A DNA stretch of 52,957 nt, filler included, from Streblomastix strix (GCA_008636045.1; 3 parts of 3 records of this genome joined end to end with filler, not necessarily neighbours in it), one strand, 5' to 3'; counted from the whole stretch's first letter, positions 19,930 through 33,589 are shown. Notes: generated from the letters alone by a model not told the origin. Numbers and translations are program-made.

Positions 19930-22900
19930 AATTTTGTTTAAATTCAAATTATTATTTTTCATTGTTCCATTTATTTACAATCATTGAATAGCACTTAGGT
20001 CCAAATGATGTAAGTTCATCTCCTTCATTTTCTATTCCAAATCCAAGTATCTTTTTGTAGTCATAGAAATCTTTATTAGGATCAGGTAAATATTAGTATA
20101 CATGTTAGTTATAGAACTATTTATCTGATACTATAGCTTCAAATTATTAATAACAATCTTTATTACGAACTCCAGCAATAGCTATATAAATTGAATCAGT
20201 ACCTGCAAGAACAAAATGAAATCGTTTGCGATCAAGATATTTAAACATAAAGTTATGTATATAATTGAGATACCAATATTTTGCATCATCTAGTGTAAAA
20301 ACTCCTGATTAAATTGATGTAAAACAAGTAGCTTTCTTAGATTTAATTTATACTGCAAATGTGTTAGCACCAATCCGTCCGGTACCAATGTGATTAGGAT
20401 GATGCTATGCAATAAATGTATCGGCTTTATCTAATAATTTGATCTTAATAAATTTCTCTATATTTAATGTATCATATCCATATGATGAATTAATTAATGA
20501 TTTATAGAATTTCTCTTTAGATGATCCTGCTAGTATAGTTTAAATTTTTAAGTTCATAATTGTCCTAACAAAAGGTTCATATACCGCATTTTTCTCAAAG
20601 ACAGCAATAGATTTATAATCAGTATTGACGAAACCGAGATCAATAAGTAGCCAAAGATAACAGTTATTGAATACAATAAATTATCCATTAGTGTCGAGTA
20701 ATGTTGTTAGTTTTCTATCTTTCTTAGTCATTGGAAATGAATGTTTTTGTGCTTATGAATACATATATTCACCTATCACTTCTTTCTTATTTTCTATCTC
20801 AATATATCTAAATATAGCAGGTAGTGCAAGGAGGTTATTGTATTCAGATTTAGGAAAATACCCTTTGACTTTTGCTACGAATATATCCTTTCGCTAATCT
20901 ATACAATTTTTAATTACATATGGTTTTTCTGAATAAAATCTCGATCTGCCTGCCATATACATTCTATGATCTGCGTAAGGAATATTTTCATTTTTGACTG
21001 ATGAATATGAACTTGGATAAAGACTATTACCGTCAAGAGCAAATATTTGTGTAGTACCATTTTCATTATCTTATGAGATCACTTTGTTTGATTATTCATC
21101 ATATGTTAATTCATTTATATGTGTTTATCCTGCTATGTTTTCCCTATGTAATACTGCTGCTAGACCACCTGTAATACATTCTCGAAGTAGATTATATATT
21201 CTTTCATCACTAATTGTCATAGATAAGTTGTTCTTTATTGACTATTATCTGATCTTAAAATATAATGAAGTAATAGTTGGATCTCTATTTGCGTGTGCAA
21301 TATCACATGAAACACATGCAAGCAAACAGTTATCTTTAGTATGAGGAAGTTCATTATTTTATCTATCTAAACTAGGTTGATTATCATAAATAAATTTAGC
21401 ACTACAAATTGAACATATTGATGTACTGAATAAATTTTTGTAGTATTCATAGTCATCAACTGTTACGTTATTTTCAGTTTCTCTACCTGCTTTATAATTC
21501 TATTATTTATAATTATAACACTTATTTTTCCAGTGCCATTCTGTTTGTACAAAAGGTTTAGAATTAGGATTTGGATTAGTGTAGTCAGCATTTATATCAA
21601 AATCTTCATAGTAGCAAGCTTTAACTTGCTGGCATAAATCCTAAACTTGTTTGTCACTTTCAAGATTGAATTTAGAAGGAAAGTATGTTGAATAGTGTTT
21701 CGTTGCATACGCACATGAAGCTATTGAAATATAGTGTAAGATATAAATATTAAATTATTCAAGTGTATCAATTAAATTCATTAATGGTTTAACCATAATT
21801 TCTGTATCATTAATGTTATAATATTTGAGATATTCTAATCTGTTATTGAATCTCTTAAAATCAATTAAATATGACTCATATTCATCTTTTGTAATAGAAT
21901 AATCTCCTTTGAGCTATGATTTAAAATCTTCATATTCAAATTGTTCTATTTTCATTAATACATCGTTCCAATTCTTTAAGTTAATAATTTCATATGGAAA
22001 TACATCTTTATGTTCTGATTTATCTCCATAATCTTTTACGCAAGCTTTTAATGTCATTGGTCCAAATTTACTCTCTGCATCAATAAATTGTAATTTCATG
22101 TGTGACTTCTTATATGTTACTGTAATTGATTTAGTATTATTGAGATCACCAATAAGTACACCCATTGTCCAAAGTTCACAATCTAATGCATCCCATAATA
22201 GAGCAATATCAAATCTTGAACTAATCCACCCCAGTACTTTAACACATCTGTCAAAAGGAATATTATCATCACTATACTTCATCCACTAATATATCTATTC
22301 TGCTGATTCGAAAGTTTATGCGAACCATAGATGAACAAACGAAGAATTGGATGGTAATCCATAAATTTATAACTACTCTTAATTATTTCCGATAATTCAT
22401 CAAATAATATATAACATCTCTTAATTAATTCATATGATTTAGCGTTTATGCCACCAACGGAGTAGGTACTATTATTAGGATATACTTCTGTACATGCAAT
22501 TGATAACTTATATAATTATGATAGTAATGTTGTTTAATCTGTTATACTTTTCATAACTTAATCACTTAATGTTTCAAACTCATATGTTATAAATCCTCGC
22601 TATGCATTATATTGAAACATTAATCTATAACCCATTAAGTTCACTATAGTAGGGTGATTTAATAACGCGGGACATATAGACATTGGAACATCATGTAATA
22701 AGATAGATGGTTCATGAATTGATGATTTACATTTTTCTACATGAGTACTGAAATATTCATTAGCTCTATAATTTGTTTTTGGTAGTATTGTTACATAATC
22801 ATGACAGTGAAGACAAATAAGAACACCAGTCAATTTTTTAACATTAGATATATACATCACATGTTACTCACTTCCATTACTAATGAGTAATAAATCTAAA

Positions 22901-24305
22901 GTTATTGATTCATTATTATGTTATCCATATGAATTAAATAGTCTATATTACCCTGTTTTTCCTTCCTATTCCTCATGATATGTATATATATGTTAACTAC
23001 AAGATTAAATGTATCAGTGAATTTAGTCATTTCAGTAGAGATATTGAAACCTTAGTAACCCTATAGGTATTTGTTAAGTGATTAGTCTTTCTTCGCTGCA
23101 TTATTATATAAGTATTCAAACATTTAATATTTACCTTTAATTTTACAGAAGTAGGCAAATAATTATTTAGCAAAAGTTATTATTTAATGTTGATCAACCT
23201 TTTTGTCAATTTCACTTCTGATTTTATAACCAAGTGCTATAAAGAAACATATTTTATAATCTGAATCAATATAATGAACTGAATGCTATTTAATATGTTT
23301 ATCGAGATAGGGCATTTTTGTTCCTGTATCTATTAATTAATAAGTAGCGAACATTGCATTAAATATTCCAAACTATCAAATTTCTAATGTCTTCATAAGT
23401 TCGTTACATTAATTCCTCTAACTCTCAAATCGTATAAATTTTAAATTATTCCAATGATTTCTTGTCAGTTATTGTTGATTATTTATGTTTGAAAGCATTA
23501 TCAAATGAAGGAATTCAACAAGAATAGTCAAAATTATTTCCATCAAGTTTTCGTTAAATTAGAACTCCAAAATCAATTTGAACTTTAAACGGAAGTCCTT
23601 TGTATGAATCATATACTTTATTTACAAATTAAGAGAGTTGTTTTTACTGTGTTAGTTTATTAAAGTAATGAAGTTTATATGTAATTTCATCATAAACTAC
23701 TACAGCAATTGCTTCGTTATTTTTAAATTTATTTACTCCTTTTTATTGTTTTAATTGCTTCTTCCTCACTATTAATCTCACATAATTGTAATGCTATTGA
23801 AGATAATTTATTGTTTTTTTATACTGTCAATCGTTGAAAATGTATTAGAGAAATTATCTTCATTTTACATCAATTATTGATTCAGATTATGCTTGATTTT
23901 ATTAATTCTTTGTTTATATATTCTATCAACATCAAATTGTTTGACTTTGTATTAATCAATATTATTAAATACAGTTAATCTCTATTTTGTTTTATTAATT
24001 CTATCATTATATATTCTATTAGCATCAAATTAATAAATGAAAAGTTAGTGCGATCTATCATATAATTTATCTTTGAAATCTGAATAATTGACATCATTTT
24101 CTTACATAAGTTATTGATATGGTAACCCTAATTATTGTTCAAGAAATTGATATGCATTATTAAAATTTGTTCTTCTCCCTGTATAATTTAAATCTTTTAA
24201 TTTAGCTAATAATTCAGAATATAATGTAGCATATTTCTCTGATTCATTGATAGGTCTAATGACCGGCATTAAGTTAAAAATTTCTGGTTTTGTTAACTTA
24301 GACAT
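19930..24305 (-). pseudogene. Protein-primed family B DNA polymerase, degenerate
   Basis: ExoI-like ITYEFETL, ExoII VLGWISSRFD, ExoIII YNINDTEIM, motif A ALDGNSLYPS (~21030), motif B YKSLINSSYGYD (~20490), motif C LAGTDSIY (~20200, DTDS changed to GTDS), and FGPKCY. Frameshifts and a truncated C-terminus. Confidence 0.88.
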
Positions 24306-24457
24306 TTTATTAGAAAATAAAAAATAAATAACCATTATAGATAATAATATTATATATTATCTATAATTATAATTTTTTGTCAAAAGTAGATAAACACAAT
24401 AGAAGATTGATTTTATTATTTTTATTTTTATATATACTTCATTAACTAGATTAGTTC

Positions 24458-26236
24458 ATGAAAATAAAAAGTTACAACATTAATATTTCACATTATTTGT
24501 ATCAAACAGCTATAATAAATAACAATATACGTTATTGCTTATAGTCATTTGACGTGGACGAATGTTGATATTTTTATACAAAAAATCTTTGCCTCCAAAA
24601 CTTATATATATTATCTCTGACATCAATTATGGATGGCGAAAATTTGTGCGTTATTGACTTTGATATTAACAAGAAATTACCTATCGAAGTGATTGACAAA
24701 ATAAGATAAAATATAATAGATAATATACTTCCTGTTAATGTAGGATTAGTTATTACTGTACATGGAGGATTGTATGCCTATTACATTAGAAATTCATATA
24801 GATTACCATCCAATCGTAAAGTAAAAGTAGCTGTAACAGATAGTTTTGATACTGATATATTTGCATAAATGACTAAATATAAAATTGAAAATGGATTCGA
24901 GACAAAAGAGATAGTATAGAATCGAGAAGTTGCTCCTAACACAGCTATTCGAGAAATTAAAAATAACTAACGAGTTACACTAAAATATGAAGCAGTTAAT
25001 GATTGGGAAAACGCATCGCATTTAGCGAGCTTGAGAGAGATACTTGAAAAATGGAATTTAGATATTGAGATGTCATATAAAGATTACGCTTAATAGTAAC
25101 ATGAAAGAGTATATGGAATTTAACTTATAGATGATGGTAAAAATGAATAAATGAATGATGAACTTGCATAAGCATGTGTTGATGGATTGAAGAATCTTGA
25201 AATACATAACTATCCTTAAGCAATTAATATGGAAGTATCTCTTCTAAGCATATTCTCAGGATTATATCGAATCAGTAATGAATAAATTAGAGCTGAAGGA
25301 TTATGCAATTTACGCAAATTTAATAAATTATCTGCAAGTGCTGAAAAAAATTATGGATAAATTGTAACTAGTGGAGAACGTAAGCAAAATCCATGGATCT
25401 TTACAAAATTGTTAAGATACAGTAATAAATATTACTATGAATAGACTATTAAACTATTATAGAAAAAGAATTATGAAGCAAAATAGATGGAAAAATAAAT
25501 TTAATTAACTTTACATTGATTCCAATTAAGATAGATTTAATTGATGAATTCACTCAACTTCAACTGTAAGAGAAACCAACTAATGGAAAATATGAAAATG
25601 ATAAATAAATTGTTATGCATTTTACTAGACTATTATTATACTTCGAAGGTGAAATTGAAGATATATATGCGATTAAAAGATATGATTCAATCTGTGATAC
25701 ACAAGTGCTATTTCATATGATAGATGAAACAATTTGTAAAGAATTTGAAAAAATTAATATAAATTTTAATAAAAAGAAAATAGAAGAAAAGAGTGATGAA
25801 ACTAATGAATATGAACCATTAACTGCTAAACATATCTTTAAGAAATATTCTTTAAAATTCGTATAGAAAAGATGCAAATTTATTAGTGATGATTTCAAGA
25901 TTCTTACAGTATTCTAAAGATACAAATATAAGAAAATTGGATATAATTGACTATGAATGCTTGCAAATGTACTTCGATTTAACTAAAGAAACTAGTGCAA
26001 CAGGAAATGAAAAGGTATATGAATACATTCTTAATTGGATTGCATGGATGATACAAAATCCTAGAAAAAAATCGAGAGCAGCAATTGCATTATAAGATTA
26101 ATAAAGTATATGTTAAAATAAATTTACTGATGTAATCGCTGAACTAACAAGTCGATACAGTTGTTCAAATATAACAAACATAGACGAATTCACAGCTAAT
26201 ATATCATAGGATGTATAGGATGCAAAATCAGAATGA
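24458..26236 (+). pseudogene. Prim-pol-like primase fused to a D5/SF3-like helicase, degenerate and internally deleted (start approximate)
   Basis: LCVIDFDIN...VGLVITVHGGLYAY, then YILNWIAWMIQNPRKKSRAAIAL followed by an eroded Walker A (QDQQSICQN where GxQGxGK is expected). The helicase similarity stops after NITNIDEFTA. Confidence 0.7.
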
Positions 26237-26256
26237 AAATGAGTTTATTTTTGTTC

Positions 26257-26838
26257 GAACTTTTATGGCAGACCAAATGAATAATGAGACAAAATGAGAC
26301 AAAATTTTTGTCTTGTAATTAGTGCATATGTACTAGCCGAGTGGATAAATGAAATGAATTATCTATACAAGACAAAAGACAAGACAAGACAAAAATTTGA
26401 GACGCCAGCAATTTTTATCTGACATCTGCCATAATACCATAAATGAAATTGTTAATAAGATTCATAAGTTATAAATATTATTTTTGGAAATGAATGATTC
26501 TATGATGATTGATAATTCTCTAATATATTTGAAAATATGGGACAAGACAAATTTGAAATTCAATCTTTCGGATGGTTGCCATAACTAGATTCATATAACA
26601 GTGCAATTTAGGTAGAATGTTCACTATCTATAGATAATTTGATTCAAAATGAATGATACGGCATTACAGCACTATGAAAGAACTTTTCCACAAACCCAAA
26701 AATTTTTGTTGTGTCTTTTCTTTTATCTTGTATAGAGATTTATATAATATTCTCTATGATTCTAATATATTAACACTAATAAGTAGGTGACAATAAGACA
26801 AATCTGACAAAATCAAATTGGATACCTGCCATAAAGTT
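26257..26838. repeat. Imperfect inverted-repeat structure with AGACAA-rich motifs
   Basis: tttatggcag (26262) pairs with ctgccataaa (~26826). ctatacaagacaaaagacaagac (26363) pairs with gtcttttcttttatcttgtatag (~26713). Further tgccataa copies at ~26427 and ~26577. Confidence 0.6.
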
Positions 26839-26932
26839 TTATAATAATTATTACTCATTAATGGGAAATGTTAATGGTAATGATTATCGAACAAAAGTTA
26901 ATTATATTCATTGATTTTATCGATCGATTATC

Positions 26933-27206
26933 TCATCGATTTGAAGTAATTGCTGTACGTTAACGCTACTTTGAAGCTATTTTCTCGGCTTCTTCTTGTG
27001 AGCTATATTTTTTTAGGTCTACCTCTTAACTCTACTTTCTCTTATTCATGTTAAGTATATGTTAAAGGAGTGATATTATTATTAGAATTTATTTCAGGGG
27101 CATGAAGGACTTCATCAATAAGATTGGATTATTTTTCAACTAATTATGGTACAACTTACTATGATTATTCTTTACGGATTTGTTTTGTTCCACTAATTGC
27201 TTGCAT
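26933..27206 (-). pseudogene. Small AT-hook protein with a +1 frameshift in an A7 run
   Basis: MQAISGTKQIRKE...ELRGRPKK/YSSQEEAEKIASKQRQR. Confidence 0.55.
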
Positions 27207-27225
27207 TTCCTTTTAAGAAAAAATC

Positions 27226-28500
27226 TCATTTACTTATAGTAAATTAACTTTTATAGTTTGCTGATAACGAATTGATGTCATTACTAACGAATTTACAGTA
27301 ATATATAGGCAATTCAACTTAATTAATTGGACCATTTGATTTTAATAATTAACTTATCACTTTACCGTATTTATAAATAAAGAATGTTGCAAACTCTTTG
27401 AAATTTCATCGTACTTTTGGTGTTCTTATTTTTATTATTCCATTGTCTAGATATATTAGAATTATATTTCCAATATTGATTTCTAATAGATAGTTAGATT
27501 ATTATTATTGTTTAATTTTATCCAATTATTTCAATTAGTATCGAATGAATTAATCCTCCAAATCTCTAGATTAATGAGCTTATTAAGGTGAATATTTATT
27601 GTGAAATGCAATATGCATATTATTATTGTTTATTATTTTCATTTATTACATTAAATTATTATATGCTATCGAACTACTATCCTCACCAAATCCATCTCTT
27701 ATTGTGTGAATTACTCTATTCACTTCTCTATTATGCTATGTAAATGGAGATGAATTGAAGTATAAAAATATATTATTATCTGAGCAGAGTCTCTTAATTA
27801 CATTTCCTGTCAAACCTTTCTCTCCATCTGATCTAATATTATTAACATTTTATGAATTAATTAATTTAGTTAATGCTCCCTTTAATTGTGCAGCTGACTT
27901 ATAAATTATTGGTATTACGACTGGATATTTTGTATTAATATTAATTGCAAATAAGTATATTTATTCTCTATGTATGATTGTATCATGCGAGAATGCAAGA
28001 TCAATTATATATGATCTTGACTTTAGACTAAAGTATGGTTTTTGAAGTCTCTTTAATGCTTTCAATTAATAATCTTATATTTAATTTTATAAAACATATT
28101 TACTTTTCGTTCTATATGGATTAGTGAGAATGCGTTGTTCTTCTATCTCTTATTTAGGCATTCGTTAAGGATGTTTGGGTAACAATTAATGCTTTGGGAC
28201 TTTGAATTTCTATGCTTCTGTTCTATAAATCTAATACCATTATTCTATAAACTTACTTCCATATCTAATTACATCTGCATTATCTATAAATTCATATGTT
28301 TCGTCACTACTTTCAATTATGTGCATATTTCTAATGAATACAGGTAATGTCATCAGCAAAAGATTTTGAGCAAGGTATTCAACATTTAGATCAATTATTT
28401 TATTCCCAATATTTTATTTCAATAATTCCATTATTGATTGTTATGGTTATTTATTAATTTTTGCATCTAATTTTTATTCGCATCTGTCCAATCCATCAAA
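27226..28500 (-). pseudogene. Retroviral-type (rve) integrase of the Polinton-like element
   Basis: PYFS...YIIDLAF...YLFAININTKY...NIRSDGEKG...HNREVNRVIHTIRD, with an in-frame TGA at 27406. Confidence 0.8.
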
Positions 28501-28632
28501 AAAAAAATAAAATCACATACATCGACATAAATTTATTGATATTTTTTATTTTAAACATAATTTTTATTTTCCTAACAAAGTTATTCCATAGTGATTCCTA
28601 ATCCATAAGGTAATTTTTGTCTTTATTAACAT

Positions 28633-31586
28633 TCATTAATATTCCTTAATATCAGATTAGATTTATTCCTTAATATCAGATTACAATTATTCTTTAACAT
28701 CAGATTAGATTTATTCTTTAATATCACATTAGATTTATTCCTTAATATCAGATTATAATTATTCTTTAACATCAGATTAGATTTATTCTTTAATATCACA
28801 TTAGATTTATTCCTTAATATCAGATTATAATTATTCTTTAACATCAGATTAGATTTATTCCTTAATATCAGATTATAATTATTCTTTAATATCACATTAG
28901 ATTTATTCCTTAATATCAGATTATAATTATTCTTTAATATCAGATTATAATTATTCTTTAATATCAGATTAGATTTATTCCTTAATATCTGATTATAATT
29001 ATTCATTTATATCAGATTAGATTTATTCCTTAATATCAGATTAAGTTTATTCTTTTATATCAGATTAAGTTTATTCTTTTATATCAGATTAGGTTTATTC
29101 CTTAATATCAGATTATAATTATTCCTTAATATCACATTAGATTTATTCCTTAATATCAGATTATAATTATTCCTTAATATCAGATTAGATTTATTTTTTA
29201 ATATCAGATTAGAATTATTCTTTAATATCCTTATATTCTTTATTCCAATTTTCTTGTGGCATCTTTAGTTCGGGTTTTGATTACTTTCTTGGAATTGTAA
29301 GTGATCGAGTGTATTTAATTCTCCGTTCATTTGAAATGAATGGATTGCTTGTGCTTACAAACCTGCATATTCATTGATGAATTTTTATTCGATCAGGAAC
29401 AAATGTTCGACCACAAACTGCACACGCTATTAATGCTCCTCCATACGTATCTCCTTCATATTTATTAATAATTGGTTATCCATCAGAAACTTTTGGTTAA
29501 TTATCATCATCTTTTGCCAAAGTGTCAGATTGAACCAATTTCTTCTAATCTGATTAAATAATAAGAAATAAATAATTAAATAATTAAAATATATATACAT
29601 TTAATTAATTAGAATATTAATATTAATATTAATATTAGTTAAATATTTCTAAAATTAAAATTGAAATAATAAAAAAGATGAATAGCTTACTTTTTTTAAT
29701 CAAATTAACCATAGCAATTGCTTTTGGGCATGATTTAAGATGTTTATCCATATCACATTTTCGTACTCCTGCATCGCAATATCGACATGGGATTTCAATT
29801 ACTCGCATTTTCTGTTCGCATTATTTAATATGGATAGAAAGTGATCTTTTAAAGTACATCATTCCACAATATGGACATGTGATTGCTTTTGAATATTTGA
29901 ATGGTGATTAATCTATATTTATAAATATTTAAAAATTAAATTAATGTAAATAAAAAATATTTATTATAAATATTTCAAATTAATAATAATATAAAATTAG
30001 ATATATATATTTCTTTAATTAAATTATAATTAGAAATAATATTAAAATTTATAAATTGAACATAAGGATTCAATTAATATATATTTATAATTATTTTAAA
30101 TATCATTTAGAATTAATCATACCAAATACGCTTATGTCCCCACGTTTTATTATTTCTTTAGCCCATTTATTGAAATTTTCATATGAAAATTATGTTGATG
30201 TTTATGGTTCATTTTCTTTATTTACTTATTCATATTCTTTTTAATTCATAATTGTTTTCAAATCTCCAGTTGATTGATTTTTTGTTAATTTATTATCATC
30301 TTCTTTATGACTATGTGTAGATCTTTTGAAACTACCTGATTCTGAGCGCATCGGACTATTTGTGGCCTATATTTTATATTACTACATATAATAAATATAA
30401 TTATTAAAAATTATTTATTCAATTATCAATAGATACTTTGTTCATATTTATATAGTATAAATTAATTATTTAATAATATAAATTTTTTATTAATTTTTTT
30501 AAAATAAAATATTTTGCAAACTCTTTCAATTTGATTCTTTCGGCATATTTGTTAATGTTTCATTATTCGATCAGGAACAAATGTTCGACCACAAACTGCA
30601 CACGCTATTAAAGCTCCTCCATATGTATCTCCTTCATATTTATTAATAATTGGTTATCCATCAGAAACTTTTGGTTAATTATCATCATTTGTAATAATGT
30701 CAGATTAACCTAATTTCTTTTCATCTTATTTTATAGTAAACAAAAAATATATTAATTAAGATAAACATTTATTTAATTAATTAGAATATTAATATTTATA
30801 TTAATATTATTAGTGAAATATTGTTAAATTAATACAGAAATAATAAATAATAAACGATGAATAAATTACCTTCGATTTATTATATAATCCATTCAATAGC
30901 TTTTGAGCATGATTTAAGATGTTTATCCATATCACATTTTCGTACTCCTGCATCGCAATATCGACATGGGATTTCAATTACTCGCATTTTCTGTTCGCAT
31001 TATTTAATATGGATAGGAAGTGATCTTTTGAAGTACATCATTCCACAATATGGACATGGGATTGCTTTTACATATTAGAAATCTAAATTAAAATATTTAA
31101 AAATTAAATATATGGAAATAAATAATAGATATTAATTAAAAAGTTTTAAAGTTTATTTAAATATATTATTATTAGAAATAATATTAAAATTTATAAATTG
31201 AACATAAGGATTCAATTAATATATATTTATAATTATTTTAAATATCATTTAGAATTAATCATACCAAATACGTTTGTGTCCCCACGTTTTATTATTTCTT
31301 TAGCCCATTTATTGAAATTTTCATATGAAAATTATGTTGATGGTAATGTTGAAAATGGATCTTATTACATTTTTTAATTCGCACTCTTTGCACGACCCTT
31401 TGTGCTATTGTCAGGATTAAATACATCATCTTTTTCTTTATTTATTTGATCAAATCCATTTTAGTTCATCAGCGTTTTCTAAAGCCCAGATGGTTGACTT
31501 CTTGAAAATGTATCTTTATCTTTATCTTTATTATATAATGATTTTAACACACAAAAAGATTCAGAGCGCGTCGTATTCTTCATCAA

Positions 31587-31643
<57 letters not shown>

Positions 31644-32309
31644 ATAAAAAATATTTTTATTAATTTCAAAATATAATATTTTATTATAGTTTATTAATAT
31701 TACTAATTTAACTAAAATTGTTTTTATCCTTTAAATTTTAATATATTGCAAACTCTTTCGATGTACACATTCCGGCATATTTATTGATGAATTTTTATTC
31801 GATCAGGAACAAATGTTCGACCACAAACTGCACACGCTATTAATGCTCCTCCATATGTATCTCCTTCATATTTATTAATAATTGGTTATCCATCAGAAAC
31901 TTTTGGTTAATTATCATCATTTGTAATAATGTCAGATTGAACCAATTTCTTTTCATCTTATTTTATAGTAAACAAAAAATATATTAATTAAGATAAATAT
32001 TTATTTAATTAATTAGAATATTAATATTTATATTTATATTATTAGTGAAATATTGTTAAATTAATACAGAAATAATAAATAATAAACAATGAATAAATTA
32101 CCTTCGATTTATTATATAATCCATTCAATAGCTTTTGAGCATGATTTAAGATGTTTATCCATATCGCATTTTCGTACTCCTGCATCGCAATATCGACATG
32201 GGATTTCAATTACTCGCATTTTCTGTTCGCATTATTTAATATGGATAGGAAGTGATCTTTTGAAGTACATCATTCCACAATATGGACATGGGATTGCTTT
32301 TGCAAGCAT
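28633..32309 (-). CDS. Multi-exon C2HC zinc-finger protein (ZC2HC1/zf-C2HC_2-like fingers): three duplicated 3-finger modules plus a C-terminal 8-aa repeat tail
   Basis: ATG at 32309. Each module has CPYCGMMYFKRSL.IHIKQC, CRYCDAGVRKCDMDKHLKSC and LIACAVCGRTFVPDRI..HQ.IC. The last finger continues in frame (through a TGA at 29371) into DIKEQIQS repeats and stops at 28633. Confidence 0.78.
28636..29232 (-). repeat. 24-bp coding minisatellite, ~25 units, encoding D(I/V)KEQ(I/L/T)Q(S/C)
   Basis: Unit gatattaaggaataaatctaatct. The variants aag/aaa, att/ata and tct/tca are synonymous in this frame. Confidence 0.9.
29375..32301 (-). repeat. Three ~1.2-kb tandem segmental duplicates including introns (cores ~29375-29890, ~30565-31070, ~31785-32301)
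   Basis: Near-identical exon blocks and near-identical intron sequence between neighbouring copies. Confidence 0.92.
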
Positions 32310-32543
32310 ATTTACTCAAAGGACTAAATTTGAAGAGTAAAATATAAAATATTAATATTAATATTAAGAAATTAATTAAAATAAAAGATGATGGTCTAAA
32401 AATTATATATTAGTACTTTTGACTTTAGCTGGTGATTACTATTAAAGAAATGATTATGAATTTGAAGTATAATAAAATATATTAGATAAGACATATAGAG
32501 TTTAATTTAGAATGAATTTATCAGAGTTTATAAAGAATATATT

Positions 32544-33589
32544 GGGTAAAAATCTGAGCTAACTGCAAAAATGTACGATGGATCACTTTTAGAAAAACGC
32601 GATATACATTATGAGGCTGAGATAAAGAAAATGGTTCAGAAAATGTGCGCTCCGCCCCTAAAATTAATTAAATATAAGGTATTAAAATAATAATTGATGC
32701 CTGAATCAGGAGAAAAAAATAAGGAATTTTTTGGCATAACTAATTGTTTAAATACTTCCAATTTTCTGGAAATTTATTTGAATCAGGGGCGAATGAAAGA
32801 AAACATTTATGACTTAATTTAATTATTATTATAAGTAAAGTTGGAACTGAAAATTTGAAAAAACAGCCCGAATCTTAAATGTAAAAATTATTTGATAATA
32901 TCATGTTTATTTGTTGTATACGTCAAAATAATTTGTAGAAATGCATAAATGAGTTGTTTTATTAATTTAGGTCGGTCAGCGTGCAATTTTTTTCTTGTAA
33001 GTCAAATCTGCCGATTAATAATAATTAAAAATATATAATTGTATAGTTAAATCAAATAAAAATATAAATATAATAAATTAATTTGATTTAAATAGTTTAT
33101 GGTTGAATACATTATGCAAAAAAGTCGTTTTAATTCTGAAATTTCTTAAAATGATTGCGAAGCAGCGAAGCAGTAAATGATGTCAATTGTTATTTTATTA
33201 GCATTATTTTTGTAGAAAATAAAAGAAATAATGTTAATTATGAAATTTAAAATTGAGATGTTTGTGAAACCATTCATAAAAAATCTGCCTATGGAAGTTG
33301 TCTTTAATCTTGGCCATTAGTATCATTTTAATTACACAAATTTAATAATTTTACATTTATCATTGATAGTAATACAATTTATTAACAATTAAAATATAAT
33401 TCTTTAATCCTATATTTTTGCACAAAAAATAAAAAGCCTTCTGTTTCTCGATAACTTTCTAATTAACATATATCAAAGAGTTCAAAACCCTATGAGACTT
33501 GGATCATAGATCAACAATTTATTAATAACTCGAAAATGACACATCGTACATATTTAATCGGACTTTGCAGAAAGTTCAGATTTTTACCC
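32544..33589. mobile_element. Non-autonomous TIR element (MITE, possibly Mutator-like), ~1.05 kb
   Basis: Left end gggtaaaaatctgagctaactgcaaa..atgtacgatggatcactttt matches the reverse complement of the right end gggtaaaaatctgaactttctgcaaa..atgtacgatgtgtcatttt. No clear TSD and no transposase. Confidence 0.7.

Larger units (their letters stand above)
19750..28500. mobile_element. Decayed Polinton/Maverick- or virophage-like endogenous element (boundaries approximate, no capsid or packaging ATPase recognised)
   Basis: Intronless cluster of protein-primed PolB, primase-SF3 helicase, AT-hook protein and rve integrase. Confidence 0.8.

Noticed and set aside
27406..27408. Integrase TGA as evidence for recoding
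   Set aside because: It lies in a basic stretch of a decayed element and is more simply a nonsense mutation.
28626..29006. ORF-track protein with NKSNLILR repeats
   Set aside because: Wrong frame. The DIKEQIQS frame is continuous with the zinc finger and makes most unit variants synonymous.
29678..32340. Three similar plus-strand ORFs (HDLRCLSISHFRTPASQ)
   Set aside because: They are antisense to the zinc-finger exons.
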